A stretch of DNA of 63,977 nucleotides, counting the filler, from Reclinomonas americana ATCC 50394 (Eukaryota): the NCBI GenBank assembly GCA_048213135.1. It is 6 parts of 5 records of this genome, joined end to end, with 100 filler letters (N's around TTAATTAATTAA, not from the genome) between each part and the next. Parts side by side here need not be neighbours in the genome. Positions count along the whole stretch, not along the records: positions 40,286 to 51,439 come from PS015343.1; positions 51,540 to 58,924 come from PS015343.1; positions 59,025 to 62,497 come from PS015344.1; 3 more parts are not named here. The stretch is one strand, 5' to 3'. The number at the start of each line of letters is the position of its first letter. Within the stretch, counting starts at the first letter, position 1. The position numbers and the translations under genes were made by a program. Of this stretch, positions 45,801 to 59,475 are shown piece after piece. The notes under the pieces were generated by a model. That model did not search any database and was not told the DNA's origin. It was given only the letters and a program-made list of their open reading frames with translations.

Positions 45801-48194
45801 GTGGACGTCTCCCACAGTGCCTGTTGTACGCCGATATCCTCCTCCTCCTCCTCCATCATCATCGGCACCTCGGCAAAGTCACCGTCCTCCTCCTCCTCCT
45901 CCTCCTCATCATCATCATCATCCTTTTCCACCGCAGGCACCTCGGCAAAGTCGTCCTCCTCCGCCTCATCTTCCATCATCAAAGCAGGCGCCACTTGCAC
46001 CCTGGCAGACCTTTCGTCCTCGTCCTCCACTGCCTCAGCAGCCACAGCTTGAACCTCGGCAAAGTCACCGTCATCCTCCTCCACTGTTTCGGTGGGGAAA
46101 ACTCGCACCTCGACATCACTCTCCACCTCTTCATCCTCTGCCTCCTCCTCCTCCTCCTCCACCTCCACCTCAGCAAACCCACCATCGTCCTCCTCCTCTG
46201 CGCCTCCCGTTTCACGATACGGCGAGGCCAGCACCGCGTCCAGCAACTCATCCGTCAACACCAACTGGTCCTCTGCCACAATCGGCAGTGCCTTGACCTG
46301 CTCCAGCAGGTCGTCCGTGAGTGGTTCCTCCATGTCGCCGACCGACGACGATACTGGCTCGTCGGCGGGCACGTCTTCGAAATCGTCGGCCTCTTCTTCG
46401 TCGACATCCACCACGATAACTTCTTCGTCATCTTCTTTTGCCTCCGGCACTTCTTCTTCCTCCTCCTCTTCCTCCTTTTCCTCCTCCTCTTCTTCCTCCT
46501 CCATGGCAAGAATGGCACGAATTTGTGCATCCTCGTCGGCATCGTCTTCGGTAATCACCTCGGCGGGTTTTGCACGCTGTGGACCATCGCGCTTGGTTGG
46601 CAGTCCCTCAAACAAGTGATTCAATCCCTCTGCGTTGTCCCTGGTTAGCAGCAGCAGCAGAAACAGGCGTGCAGCGGCGATCGACTCACTCACCCACAGC
46701 TCCGGCCTCCACCATGGTGCGCGACACAATGACATACCTCCGATCATGCTCAGCGGCCACTCGTCCAATCGTGAAACCAGGCGGAGGCGCACTGCCACTC
46801 GCACCGCCCTTGTCGGTGTCCTCGTCGAATGGTGCCACTGTTGTGGGCGCCGTCACACCAGAACCCTCGGCACACACCTCTCTGTGCCACTCACCCACAC
46901 ACATCAGGCAAAGTGCAAGACTCCATCGCCACACTCACATCCACGCAACAGCCGCGCTTGCTCGATCCGCTGACTGAGCTTGCTCTTGTTGAGAAAGTTG
47001 GAGACTTGCAAGTTGGAGAATGACTGCGGTGTGGCACTGGCGACGCGCGCCGCCTTGATGTGCTTCTTCATGTTTGCATGACTCTGCTCCTTGATCTTCA
47101 TGAGCAGCTGGTATCGCATCAGTGGAGGCAATTGGTCCACCACTTGCATGTCGATCTCGCCCGCCTCCACGTCAATCTGCCAGGGCGCAATTAAGTACAA
47201 AATGAGTACAGAGGGGAGCGCGGGTGATGAACAACATAAAGGTCACCTCGTCGAGTCCCTGAAAGCCCTGCTGCTGCAGTGTTTCTTGCTCAAACTCCTC
47301 CTCGAGTCGCTGCGCCCACTTCTCCACCCTGCACCCGTGGCATCAGCTGCAGTAACTTCTTTCCTCGCGCCACAGTTCACACGCAACTCGCCACGCTCCT
47401 GCTGCTGCTTCACCGCCTCTCCCTCCGCCTCGGCAAACACATCCGCGTCCTCGGCACGCACTTGTCGAATCACGTGCGCCTTCAGCTGCTTCATGAGAAT
47501 GCGCTCGGCCAGGTTGCGCACCATCTGGTCGCCCTTCTCCCGACGTGCTCGTCGTCGGGCCTGCACGCAAGAGATGTGAGAACACAGCAGGATGACGCAG
47601 CATACAGCGACAAACAATGGATCAGAGTGTCTCCACGCAGTGCTTTGAGAATGCGAGAGGCAAAACAAGGAGAGGGAGGGAGAGAGACAGAGAGGAAGAG
47701 GCATGCAGAGAGATACAGAGACAGAGGCAAGTGGAGAGACGGAGAACCAGCAGGCAGCGAATGAGAGGCAGAATGAGGATGGAGGTGCTGTGCCAGTCTG
47801 AGCGTAGTGGCATGTTGACTTGCTCCCTGCTCTCGATGGCAGCGGAGGGCACGAGGGAATGTGGAAGAGGGAATTGAGCAGAGAGAGAGAGAGAGAGGCG
47901 CAGAGAGAGAGAGAGAGAGGAGAGAGAGAGAAGAAGAAGAGAGAGAGAGAGAAAGAAGAAGAAGAANNNNNNNNNNNNNNNNNNNNNNNNNNNNNNNNNN
48001 NNNNNNNNNNNNNNNNNNNNNNNNNNNNNNNNNNNNNNNNNNNNNNNNNNNNNNNNNNNNNNNNNNNNNNNNNNNNNNNNNNNNNNNNNNNNNNNNNNNN
48101 NNNNNNNNNNNNNNNNNNNNNNNNNNNNNNNNNNNNNNNNNNNNNNNNNNNNNNNNNNNNNNNNNNNNNNNNNNNNNNNNNNNNNNNNNNNNNN

Positions 48195-48272
<78 letters not shown>

Positions 48273-48845
48273 GATCAACCTGCTTCCTTCTCTCACTGAC
48301 AGTCATTCTCGTCTTCGAGTCTGCTTCTCTCTCTCTCTTCTTGCCTCGTCTACCTCCACCACTCTCATGTCCTCTTCCTAATACTCCCTCTCACTCACTT
48401 CCGAGCCCCTTCAACACCTGCCAGTCTGCATCTTCATCGCTCTTGTCTCTCCTTCCCCATTCTATCCCTTTCTATCCTCCCACTTAACCCTCCTTTTCCT
48501 CCTCCTCACCGTCGTCTTCTTCTTGATCTCCGGCGTGGGTCCATCAAACACAAAGATCGGTCGCACTCGATGAAACAACAGACGACAAATGCGATGAAAA
48601 AGCACCGCCAAGTGCGCAGCGCGTTCCCGTGGAGAACCTCCCAGTCCACTCTCTCGCATCACACACACCACTTGCTTCAACCAGATGCTAATGTCTGTGT
48701 GAGAGTGTGTGAGAGTGAGAGTGGTGTTTCCAAGTTGCATTCGACACCTGCACTGACCGACTGCCAGGCGTTTGCCTTCCAGTGCGTCCATGGGAACGCG
48801 ACGCCCGGCAGGTGCGAGGATGTCCCATAGGCCTTTGACGCCCAT
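42892..48845 (-). CDS. ERCC5: XPG/Rad2 nucleotide-excision-repair endonuclease, multi-exon
   Basis: N-region MGVKGLW...LEGKRLAV|DISIW...FHRICRLLFHRVRPIFVFDG. XPG-type SFSNLQVSNFL and GRVAAEHDRRYVIV blocks, long acidic spacer, I-region LRLFGIPYMESPGEADGQCA...VDGVISDDGDCFVFG, LLGSDYTDGV, and PIP box QRRIDSYF. Confidence 0.95.
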
Positions 48846-49786
48846 GGCGTGAGTGCCCTCTCACTCTCTGACTGACAGGAGCAAAAGGAGGAACACCAAC
48901 AGGACGACATGACAGCTCGGACTTCGATGGACTTCTTTCCACCAGCAGCGCGTCTTGACAACAAAGGCCAAGCTTATTCGCAGCATCATCCCGCAAGCGC
49001 TTCGAATTCAACGTTGGAGCTACGACAAGTCGAGAACTGCAAGCAATTGCAAGCTGCACTACGCGATCGCGAATTCGAACACCCTACAGGTCGAGACTGT
49101 TGTGACCAGAGTGGTGGCGACGAAAGACGGCCAAGCAGACGAGGAGTTTCCGCCACAACACTGCAGTCACGCAAGCGGCCTACTGTCTTGCGTTCAGTTA
49201 AAATGCATTTTCCGACGCTGTCTTGATGACCAACTGTGCTTGTGTTGCGATTGCAACTTCCACTACCACGCAGTACTTCAACGAAAAAGAAACGATTACA
49301 CTACGCCAGACGAAGACCGTCCACGTCGCGAATAATGATGCATAGAGAAACGAAAACCTACTACCTATCGCTACTAAAAAAAGATACATACAAAGCCTGG
49401 TTCACACGCTGCCTTTCTTTCCATTCTCGTACAAATAACTGCAGTCTCCCGCGTGGATAANNNNNNNNNNNNNNNNNNNNNNNNNNNNNNNNNNNNNNNN
49501 NNNNNNNNNNNNNNNNNNNNNNNNNNNNNNNNNNNNNNNNNNNNNNNNNNNNNNNNNNNNNNNNNNNNNNNNNNNNNNNNNNNNNNNNNNNNCACAGAGA
49601 GAGAGGAGAGAAAGGGAGGAGGAGGAAGAGGAGAGATGCAGATCGTGTGCTCTGTTTTCGCGCGCGCACGTGTGTGTGCCACTCCAAATACAGACAAACT
49701 TCGATTGGTCGGCGAAATGACACACGCGAATCCTGTGGCCGCCCCGCCGACACAAAAACAGAGAACAGACACACACGCACACAAAC

Positions 49787-50032
49787 CTCCATTTGTTGAG
49801 TGGAACAGTAGGAGAGAACGGCGGCGACAACGGCGTCTGAGGCCACGTGCATTACGTCGCGCAAGTGCGCGCTGGCAATGTCCTCGGCCTCCACGTCCAA
49901 CTCCAGCCGTCGTCGCGACGAGGAAACGGAGGAGGAGGAGGAGGAAGAGGTGGCGGACTCTGATTGTTGTTGCTGTTGCTGTGGTGGAGTACGAGGTGCA
50001 GGTGGTGGTGGTGGTGGAGTCGATTGCGCCAT
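49787..50032 (-). CDS. Probable first exon of an unidentified gene
   Basis: MAQSTPPPPPP...RRRLELDVEAEDIASAHLRDVMHVASDAVVAAVLSYCSTQQME followed by a GT donor. The rest is not found (gap at 49461-49592). Confidence 0.45.
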
Positions 50033-51483
50033 GGATGCAAACCAGGACGACTGCGAAAAAAGGGAAAATACTGGCAAGTCAGCGACGAGTAATGGAACAA
50101 GGCAAGTGTGGATGGGATACTGCGTGTGTGATGGCACCCAACTGCGACAGAGGGCGAGAGGGAGGACGAGAGAGAAAGAGAGAGTGGAGGGAAGGGACAA
50201 GTTCGAGAGGGTTCTGCACAAAACGAATATCGATGTGTTCGCTCTTCGGGGTTCGAGGTCGGAAGGGAAGAAATAATCAAGGGCAAAGAGAGGAGTCGGG
50301 GAGGGGCTGGCGCACACATGGGCCATCCATCAGTGCTCTTGTCGCAATGCTGACGCGTTTCGGAAGCGATGAAATAGGAAAACAGTGTCACGAACAATCA
50401 AAAATATACGCGCACATAGACACACGCACGCACACACAACACTACGCCGTCTTCGTTCCTTGCTCGCTGTCTCTTCCTCTCTGTGCATGTGACCGCGCAA
50501 CCAGAAAAGACGCATGACGAACAAGGAAAACTCCGCGCAATCAAAAACGCAACAGTCTTTTTCCTCTCTCACTCTTTGTCTCTTTCTCCGTTCTGCCACA
50601 CATGCATTCACTCCGCGCGCAGGACTTCTCTATCTCACGGCTGTGACACAAGACAGGGACCGCAAGAAAACTCTTCGGCAATATACCCACAAACAAGGCA
50701 ACAATGAGGATGTGTGAATAAACTTTGTGCACGAGAGAGAGAGTACTGTTGCAGACCTGCACAAGATCGCACAAATGACGGGGAGGAGAGTGAGAGAGAG
50801 AGAGTGTGTGTGAGAGAGAGAGAGAGAGTGAGCGCGCGCAAATCAAGGTGCAGCAGGAAGGCCAAGAGAAGAGGAGACTCAGTCCGTCGGTGACAAAGCA
50901 AGCAAGCACGCGAGAGAGACAAGAGTGAGAGATAAGAGTGAGAGTGAGAGAGAGACAAGTCTGGTATCAGAGAAAGTGAGCAGCAAATAACGAAGCGCAC
51001 GAGTGTTGTGCATCTTTTGCTTCTATCAGAGACAGCGCACACTCAATAATATGCTCTCTCCCATTAATGAATTGCAGCCACTTATGCGCCGCCATGCCAC
51101 ACACTCACGCACACTTTCTCTCTCACATATGCACACACACACACACATAGACTAGTGTGAGGCGATCGGAAAGAGCAGTGAGTGATTGAGAGTGAGTGAG
51201 AGAACATTGAGTTTGCAACCCGTACACAGTCGATCATTGTGTGAGTGTGAGTGAGTGAGTGATGGAGAGACAAGGAGTGGGAGAGAGAGAGAGAGTGTGT
51301 GTGTGTGTGTACGTGTGTATGTGGTGAAGCTTAACATAGCAAACACACATTATGACGAGAACGGAAAAGAGAGTGTTAAGTGTGCGTTGCGTGTGTGAGG
51401 GAAAACGAGAGTGAGTGAGTGAGAGAGAGAGAGAGAGACNNNNNNNNNNNNNNNNNNNNNNNNNNNNNNNNNNNNNNNNNNNN

Positions 51484-51495
51484 TTAATTAATTAA
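51484..51495. other. Artificial scaffold-joining linker
   Basis: TTAATTAATTAA within N padding. Confidence 0.97.
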
Positions 51496-54400
51496 NNNNN
51501 NNNNNNNNNNNNNNNNNNNNNNNNNNNNNNNNNNNNNNNGTGGCCACGTGTCGCCTCTCTCTCGCACTGAGCACCAGAATTCGAACACGCGCACCGTGAG
51601 CGGCGATTGACTTCCGAATCTAGCAGCACTGCGTATTTTCAGTCACCAAGTGTGTGCGTTTGTGTGAGAGAGCGAGAGAGGCAGAGAGACGAAGAGATAG
51701 AGAGAGACTGTGAGTGTGAGTGCGTGTGCCAGAGAGCATCCTCGACTCCACCCTTGTGCTGTGTCATCATCATCCTCTCGTTTGCGTCCGCCTGTCATGT
51801 CAGCCGCAGCTGCTGCTTCAGCTGTGAAGCTCTCACCCTCTCATGTTGCNNNNNNNNNNNNNNNNNNNNNNNNNNNNNNNNNNNNNNNNNNNNNNNNNNN
51901 NNNNNNNNNNNNNNNNNNNNNNNNNNNNNNNNNNNNNNNNNNNNNNNNNNNNNNNNNNNNNNNNNNNNNNNNNNNNNNNNNNNNNNNNNNNNNNNNNNNN
52001 NNNNNNNNNNNNNNNNNNNNNNNNNNNNNNNNNNNNNNNNNNNNNNNNNNNNNNNNNNNNNNNNNNNNNNNNNNNNNNNNNNNNNNNNNNNNNNNNNNNN
52101 NNNNNNNNNNNNNNNNNNNNNNNNNNNNNNNNNNNNNNNNNNNNNNNNNNNNNNNNNNNNNNNNNNNNNNNNNNNNNNNNNNNNNNNNNNNNNNNNNNNN
52201 NNNNNNNNNNNNNNNNNNNNNNNNNNNNNNNNNNNNNNNNNNNNNNNNNNNNNNNNNNNNNNNNNNNNNNNNNNNNNNNNNNNNNNNNNNNNNNNNNNNN
52301 NNNNNNNNNNNNNNNNNNNNNNNNNNNNNNNNNNNNNNNNNNNNNNNNNNNNNNNNNNNNNNNNNNNNNNNNNNNNNNNNNNNNNNNNNNNNNNNNNNNN
52401 NNNNNNNNNNNNNNNNNNNNNNNNNNNNNNNNNNNNNNTGCGCTCGGTGGTCATGCACTGCACCTTGCTTCTCACTGTTTGCTCACTGCTGCTGACGTGT
52501 GCTTTATCGGTATTCTGATGCGCAAAACGAACACTGCCAACACACACATTGCCACCACTCCTCTCTCTCTCTCTGAGTGCGCACCTCCCTCCCCACTCCA
52601 CCTATCTCTCCCTCTTCCTGTTTCTATATTGCCTCATCAACACGCACGCATGCACACGCTTCTGCAATAGAAGAGACAGCCGTGGTTTTAGCGTCGAACA
52701 CTCGCAATGTGTGTCCGGACACACCGCCAAATCCGTATTCACAAGCACATTTCTACTCACTGTCGTGCGTGTGTGACCGCGCACGCACACCGCATAATGC
52801 ACAGATCTTGAGTGCGACAGAGAAAGAGGAGAGCGACGACAATGCATGCCCGTGCACGTACAGTCAACATGAGTGACAGTATGTTCAGTGTTTCTCCGCA
52901 TTGTAGTGCATCAGGAGACGACAGCGAGGAGGAGGAGGAGGACGAGTGCTGCAAAGCAGTCACATATTCTCTCAGTCGCATGTGCACGCGCACACACACG
53001 CACAGAGAGACAAGTGAGGGGGCACGGAAAGACTAGAGCGCCATGTGCACTCAGTACTTCACAGAAGAGCAACAATCAGTGACTGCATCAGTGCTGCTGA
53101 GAGACAGACACCAAGGTAGGGCAGTCGACAGTGCTCTCCACATATGTGGGTGTGCGTGCGCAAGAGAGAGAAACGTTTCGTGACAGTCATGGCAATGGTT
53201 GCACCACACACATCGCACACGCGCGCGCGCCCACAGAAGACGAATGCGTGTAAACGGCCGCACCACGTGTGAAGCACGCATACACTGGTGCGCAAAAAGG
53301 AGCGAGAAAGAGAGAAAGAGAGAGGAGGAGAGGACAAGAATGAGAGAACAAGGGAAAAGAGTGTTGAGTCAATATGAGAGTGACATGTCGCACCCAAAAG
53401 TCATACAGAAACCACAGACAACATCATGTACAAGCGATGGAGCGTGTCGCCACCAGTGAGGAGAGCAGTGAACCAGTCAGAAAGTGTGTGTGGGAGAGAG
53501 TGATGGAGGGCAGACAGTGCACTGCATCAGTGGTGTGTTTGGGAAGGACATGTCCGCGATTGGAAATCACGAGAATGAGAGAATGAGAGTGAAGAAGACG
53601 CAGAGAAAGGCACAAACACACTAGGGTTGAAATGCTGATGCATCGCATCCGTATGCAGACCCACCCCACACAAACCGTGCGCGAGGCAAAGAGAGAATCA
53701 GGCAATACGGCCGTGCAGGGGGTGAAAACCGGCTCGGGAACACAACCAGCACGCAGACCAGCACAGCCGATATATGGTACGCAAGGAGACGAAAGGTACT
53801 TGAAAGAAGGACGCGCGAGAGGATGACCAGAAAGAGAATGAGAATGCATGCTTGTCTAACATCCTAATGGAGCTGCAAAAGCGCCCAGCACGACATTGAA
53901 ACGAATCTGCGCATCCGAGTGCAGCACTGGAGAGTGCCAAAGACTGCAGCAAGGAAAACAGCGAGCAGAGAGAGAAAGAAACACGCACAGAGAGAGAGGG
54001 AGGGAGAGAGAGGAAGCCTAGTATCAAAGTCCTCAAGTGGCAATACAATACCGACAATGATTGGTGGCACAATCAGCGGCCGCCCATGGCCAGCACACAC
54101 ACCAGCGCATACAAGAAGGAAGCAGAGGAGAAGGAAGCCAAAGAATGGATGTGCGATGATGAGTGGTAACACACTCACGACAGTGTGCACAGCGAGACCG
54201 ACAGGCAGAGAGAGAGGGCGCTGAAAGAGACATGTCCTCCCACCGCGGCGTGTACAACAGAAGCAGCAGCACCAACAACAACAACAGCGTGACACAGATA
54301 AACAGTGACAGTAGTGACACATCACACCACCCATGTGGGCAATAAAACACAAGAGGAGACAAGCGCACTGCTCGACTGAACAGTGTCGGTGGTGTGGTGG

Positions 54401-54691
54401 CGCCAACCATGGCTGCCTCCTTTCTCCCTCTCGCTCGCTCGCTGCCTCCCCCACTACTTGCACTATTCGTTGCACTGCTCTCTCTCTCTCGCACCCTCAC
54501 GCAGCCAGCCATGAAGTACAAACTCAACTGTGCGTTGCAATGCCGAAAACTCCACAGTCCAAGCTCGACCCGGGCCAAAACGAAGAACCACCACCACTGC
54601 TGCTGTGACACATAAACACACGGAGAGAAAGGTCGCATGAGACATCAGTGCCTGCCTGCTGCGTGTGTTGGCTGCTATCCACCAGTTGTAC

Positions 54692-55243
54692 CTGTGTCGC
54701 CGTCATCCTCGACACTGGGACTCGCAACCGGCGCGTCGACAAGGGCAGCTTCCTGCGGCTGCTCGTGCCCGTTCTATTTGATGATTGCCAGTGAGTGCGG
54801 AAACCTGCAACCACAGAGGACACAAAGCCAGAAGAATGGAAGACACTGCCATATATCTCTGTCTCTCTCTCTCTGTCTGTTTCCCGCGCGCACAGCACCA
54901 CTGGTGACGATAATGGTGGTGGTACACATGCACAGCAGTAGCAGAAGTGGCATGCTCACACACGCACACACGCACACACACGCGAAGAGGAAGCATCAGT
55001 GAATACCTTCTCATCAATGTCAACATTGGTCTGCTGCTGCTGCTGCTGCAGTTCCTCCGTGGCTGCCTCTTCTTGTTCTTCTTCTTCTCCATCTTCTCCT
55101 GCTGGAGGCGAAGGGGGAGGCGGTGGAGGAGGTGGAGGTGACAGGTGGGGAAGTCCTGGAATGATACATGGTGGTGCAGTGGTGGTGGCGGTGGTGGAGG
55201 GGGAAGGCGACTGATCGAGTGTGGACTCGTCGTCGCCGTTCAT
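54692..55243 (-). CDS. First two probable exons of an unidentified gene with an acidic/Pro-rich N-terminus
   Basis: Exon 55243-55007 (MNGDDESTLDQ...TNVDIDEK|GTATTC) splices in frame to exon 54773-54692 (NGHEQPQEAALVDAPVASPSVEDDGDT|GTACAA). Confidence 0.5.
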
Positions 55244-56518
55244 GCGTCGCAGAGATCTCGCTCTCTCTTTTCGTCGGTTGCACGCACGCAGAGAGGGGGG
55301 GAGAGAGGTGCGCACTCTCTCGACACGCACTCAACAAAAGAGGAAGTGGACAATTGTCTGCCAGCGTCGTTGGCGCACACCGCCAATCGTGCAATGCAGT
55401 TTGCCCCGCTCCTTCTTTCACACACTCGCGTGCTGATTAGTGAGCACTTTTTTTGTGTGTGTGACACAGGGCCCATCTGCATGTGCAAACAGCCCGTTCG
55501 CCTCTCTGTTCGAAGTCGCACAAATGCGGCGACAGAGTTTTTTCGTTTACTGTATTGCAGATGCATACAAGAGCGCAGGGGAGGGGTGGAGAGAAGAGGA
55601 GTGCGGCGAGGACAGTGAGCTGAATCTGGCCGAACTTGCCAGCATGATTCATGCAAACTCTGTGCACAAAAGAAGTCGATGGTGATTATGATATCGATTG
55701 CAGGCGGAGATAGAGGTACCGGAAGATTCTGTACGCATGCAAACTTCTTTTTTTGCGACCCGGACGTCCGCCGCGGGCCGGGCTCAGCATCCCTGATTTG
55801 GTGGCTGTTGCAGCAGCAGTGGAACTCTCACTGCATTCCTCGCGCTACAGCTGGTACTGCGTCGTGAGCAATGTGTGGTGGTGCTGGGCGTTCGCGCGCG
55901 CACATGTACACGAGAGAATTTGAGTGCTGTGAGTGTCAGGAGTACGCAAAAATGAAAAACAAGCTCGACATGGTGTGTGAGAACTAGCCAGAAAAAGCAG
56001 ATACGGGAGGCACTGTTTCCTGAGCATTGTTCGCAGCCACTGTCAACTGGATGAGGCGTGCGAGCAGAGGGCAACGAGAGCGAGAGGGAAGGGAAGAAGT
56101 GGGGGGTGGAGGAAGGGGAAGCAGACAGAGAGAGAGAGAGAGTGGCAGACAAATGGAGTTTGAGGGAAGCAAAGAAGAAGCGAATGAAGGAAGAACGGGC
56201 AAGGGCAATGCGTCGAAGACTGCACGCATGCAATGAGCGTCTTTCTCTCTCCGTCTCCCTCGCTCACACGCATGCAGGAGAACGGGTCGTGGTGAACAAG
56301 TGTTGCAACAAACTGCCGATCGTGATTTAATAATGCAAGCAGTCTGTCTACCATATCATAGACATACGCAGGTAGGCAACAAAGCACACGCACACGCAGG
56401 TGGTGGTGGTGTGACACAAGAATGGATAAACAAATGTGCAGCAGCACAGACGAAAATGGAAAAACGAGAGAAACAGTAAGAAACACAAATGCAATGACCC
56501 CCAGAGAAAGCCAAACTC

Positions 56519-57712
56519 TTATTCGTCCCAGTCGACCACGGACACGTCGTCGCAGGTGGACGAGCCGGAGGAGCGCGGCGAGTCCGACTCCTCGGCTGCC
56601 GCACCCTCCTCACTGTCGTCCTCCTCCTCCTCCGATGACCGGTCGCAACAGGCCGACGACAAGTCGTCAGCGGCGGTGACGCCAGCACGCGAAGCCAAAA
56701 TCGTGCGTCGCACCTCCTCGAAGCGCTCGGCACAGTCGGTGCATGAGCACGGCGAAATGTCGTTGGCGACAAAAAGCTCCGCAAACCGGGTGGGCTGTTG
56801 TTTTTTTCATCATTTGGTCAGCGGACAAATCTAATCACACACTCATTGGGGCGACGACACATCAACACACACACACACCTTGTTCTCCGCGTCGACAGCA
56901 AAGATGAAATCCTCGAGCATGGTCGCATGCAGAGTGAAATCCCACGGCGTCTCCAGCAGCGGCGTGTACAGGCCAGGCGGGAAGTCGTCCTCGGTATCCG
57001 CCGTCGTGTACGACAGCAGACCGTGCGAGTAGACCTCCTCGCAGTCGTCGAGGCCGTGCTCGGCCACCCAATTGAAGTAGGGCGAGTCGGCGGCCGTCGG
57101 GTACAAGTGGCGCGACACGTACTGCCAGTACGAGCTCATAAACAGGCGCAGCATGGAGGTGCGGATGCTCGTCGGCTTCTCCGACAGGCGAGCCGCGCGG
57201 CACGGGCGCACAATGAGCAGATAGTCAAAGCACGGCGTGGCGCGACCCGGCAGGATCGGAGTAATGTACGGCACGTCCACCATCATGAAGCCGAGGTCGG
57301 CAAAGTACTTTTGGCGGTGCGCCGTCGGGTACACGCCGTCCTCGACCGACATGCCGTGCGTCTCGGCGAAAATCGCCTCCAACTCGGGGTGCGCCGCCTC
57401 GAGCATCTGCACGGCTGTGTCAAACAGCTTCTTGCCGATTCTGAAACGAGAGAGAGGGAGAGAGGGAGCAAGTCAGCAACACACGATGAGGAGAGGTGGG
57501 GAAACTATATAGACGCACCCCATTCCACGAGTCTTGGCCGAGACGACGACATAAGCCAGCAGAGCCGACTTGCAGTTCGGGTGGTACTCGAAATGAATAC
57601 CTCCCAGCACCTCACTGTCGCCACGGAGGCAGACAAAGAGGTGCGAGGCCGTCTCGTTGTCGTACGGCGCCTGCGACAGGAGCATGCGCTGGAACGACTC
57701 CAGTTGGTCAAA
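56519..57712 (-). CDS. GNAT-family N-acetyltransferase-like protein, multi-exon, 5' exons not resolved
   Basis: VLGGIHFEY...ALLAYVVVSAKTRGMG|IGKKLF (acetyl-CoA motif A, RGxGxG), IFAETH and RQKYFADLGF. Acidic tail. Confidence 0.75.
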
Positions 57713-58968
57713 CTGCACAGGCGCAAAGACAAACTCGTGAGTGACATCTCGACACGCCAGCAAGCATCAGTGTGTGTGTGTGCGATTCCCTCAGCTCACT
57801 CCGCCCCCGCCTATCAGTCACGCACAAACAAAAAAAGTGCAAAACACCGTGCAAGGAACAAAACACAAAAAGTAATCGACCACTACTTCTGCCGTGCTCA
57901 CGCGCGTGTTGTGGGGGGTTGTGCTATCATGTGTGGGGTGTGGATGTCACAAACCGCCCCAGGAGAGAGGAGGGGGGATATGGTCTCAAATCACCAACCG
58001 CCGCCGCCGCCACTCGTGTGGTGGAAAACACACACACACACACGAGTGGGGGCCGGGGAAGTGCGTGTGCAACATCAGGCAACAGCACACTTCCCCACTC
58101 TCACGTCTCCCTGCCAAGCACACCATGTTTTTCTCTCACACCATCATCGTGACTCCTCCTCCCTCTCACACTCAACTCCTCTCCTCTCCTCCACTAGCTT
58201 TCTCACGAGAAGTGAAAAAATAGTGGAGTGAGAAGAGGAGAGCGAGAGAAAGAGAGAGAAAGAGAGAGCCACGAGTGGGTGATTTCACACCATGGAAAGT
58301 CAAAAAAAACATGGAACACCAGAGCAGGGGAGGAAGACGCAGCCTCCTCTCTCACCCTCACCAAAAAAGCACGCAAGTCATGGTTTTTCGGTCCGCGTCT
58401 CTTTCGAGAACACGGAAAAGCGAGGCCATTCCACCAACAACATGGTGGAATGGAGGGGGATAGAGAGAGCGCAGAAAGAAGAATAAGGAATCTAATCAGG
58501 TCGATGTCGACCTGACAGAATCACGGAATCAACAAGGGGGGAATTCACAGTGCGTGTGGTGGGTGCGGGCGCCAAACAATACACACACAAGAGTGTCAAA
58601 AAACCAGTGGAAAGGAAAAGGGGGGAAAAAGGGGGGGGCATGTCATCGCCGCGCCGCCATCATGTTCTTCTCACAGCCGAACGAAACGAGCAACAATCAC
58701 TCTGCTTGGTGGGGGGAGGGGAGGGGGGAGAGGAGAGAGGAGAGAGACACACCGCACCGACGCCCAAAAAGGCTGGGGAAAACATCGGGGTGATCGCGGA
58801 ACAACACGACACAAACGAAGAAGCAAAAAAAAAACAGCACTAGATTCGATTCGCTCACTCTCACGCCGCGCACGACGACGAAAGAGAGGCATAAATCTCT
58901 TCTCGCACTGCCTCTTTTCTTCTTNNNNNNNNNNNNNNNNNNNNNNNNNNNNNNNNNNNNNNNNNNNN

Positions 58969-58980
58969 TTAATTAATTAA
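58969..58980. other. Artificial scaffold-joining linker
   Basis: TTAATTAATTAA within N padding. Confidence 0.97.
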
Positions 58981-59268
58981 NNNNNNNNNNNNNNNNNNNN
59001 NNNNNNNNNNNNNNNNNNNNNNNNACTTCATTCACCACATTCCAATAATGCGATAAACGCCCACAAATCCCTTGCCGACAATGACCTTGGCACACCAACA
59101 ATATACAAACACATAATTACTTCTCCAACAGTCATCTTCCCTTTCAGGAGGCAAAGCCAATCAAACGCGTGTTGGCCTCAAAAGGATTTCGTGGCGCAAA
59201 TGGTGTCAGCGGCCTACGTAGACGCTGAACTCGTTGAAGCTGGGTGCTGCAGTAGCGACGCAAGGGTT

Positions 59269-59475
59269 CTAATTGCCCTGAGGCTGCGGCGCAGCTGCTG
59301 CGGGTGGGAGATTGTTTGCTTGGTTCTGGTTCTGAGCCTGATTGCCACCACCAGTACAGCGGAAGGCGAACATCGCATAGTCCGCCCGCAGAATCTCCAC
59401 GCAGCATCTGTCCACCACTCGGCGCAGTTGGCCGCCCTCAATGCCCATCTTCTTCAGCGACGCCCGGGTAGTCTG
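59269..59475 (-). CDS. C-terminus of the retrotransposon ORF
   Basis: QTTRASLKKMGIEGGQLRRVVDRCCVEILRADYAMF...* is a helical tail following the endonuclease. Confidence 0.7.
   Translation of the reverse strand, partial: QTTRASLKKMGIEGGQLRRVVDRCCVEILRADYAMFAFRCTGGGNQAQNQNQANNLPPAAAAPQPQGN

Noticed and set aside
48909..49335. Short + strand ORFs, one Cys-rich, divergent from XPG
   Set aside because: No recognisable domain, one lacks an ATG start, and composition does not clearly support coding. Left uncalled.
50100..54650. Numerous 60-200-aa ORFs in GA/CA-microsatellite-rich DNA
   Set aside because: Low-complexity translations with no motifs, consistent with intronic or intergenic sequence.
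55755..55870. GC-rich hairpins suggesting a structured ncRNA
   Set aside because: Short stems are expected by chance at this GC content, and no tRNA, snRNA or snoRNA signature was recognised.
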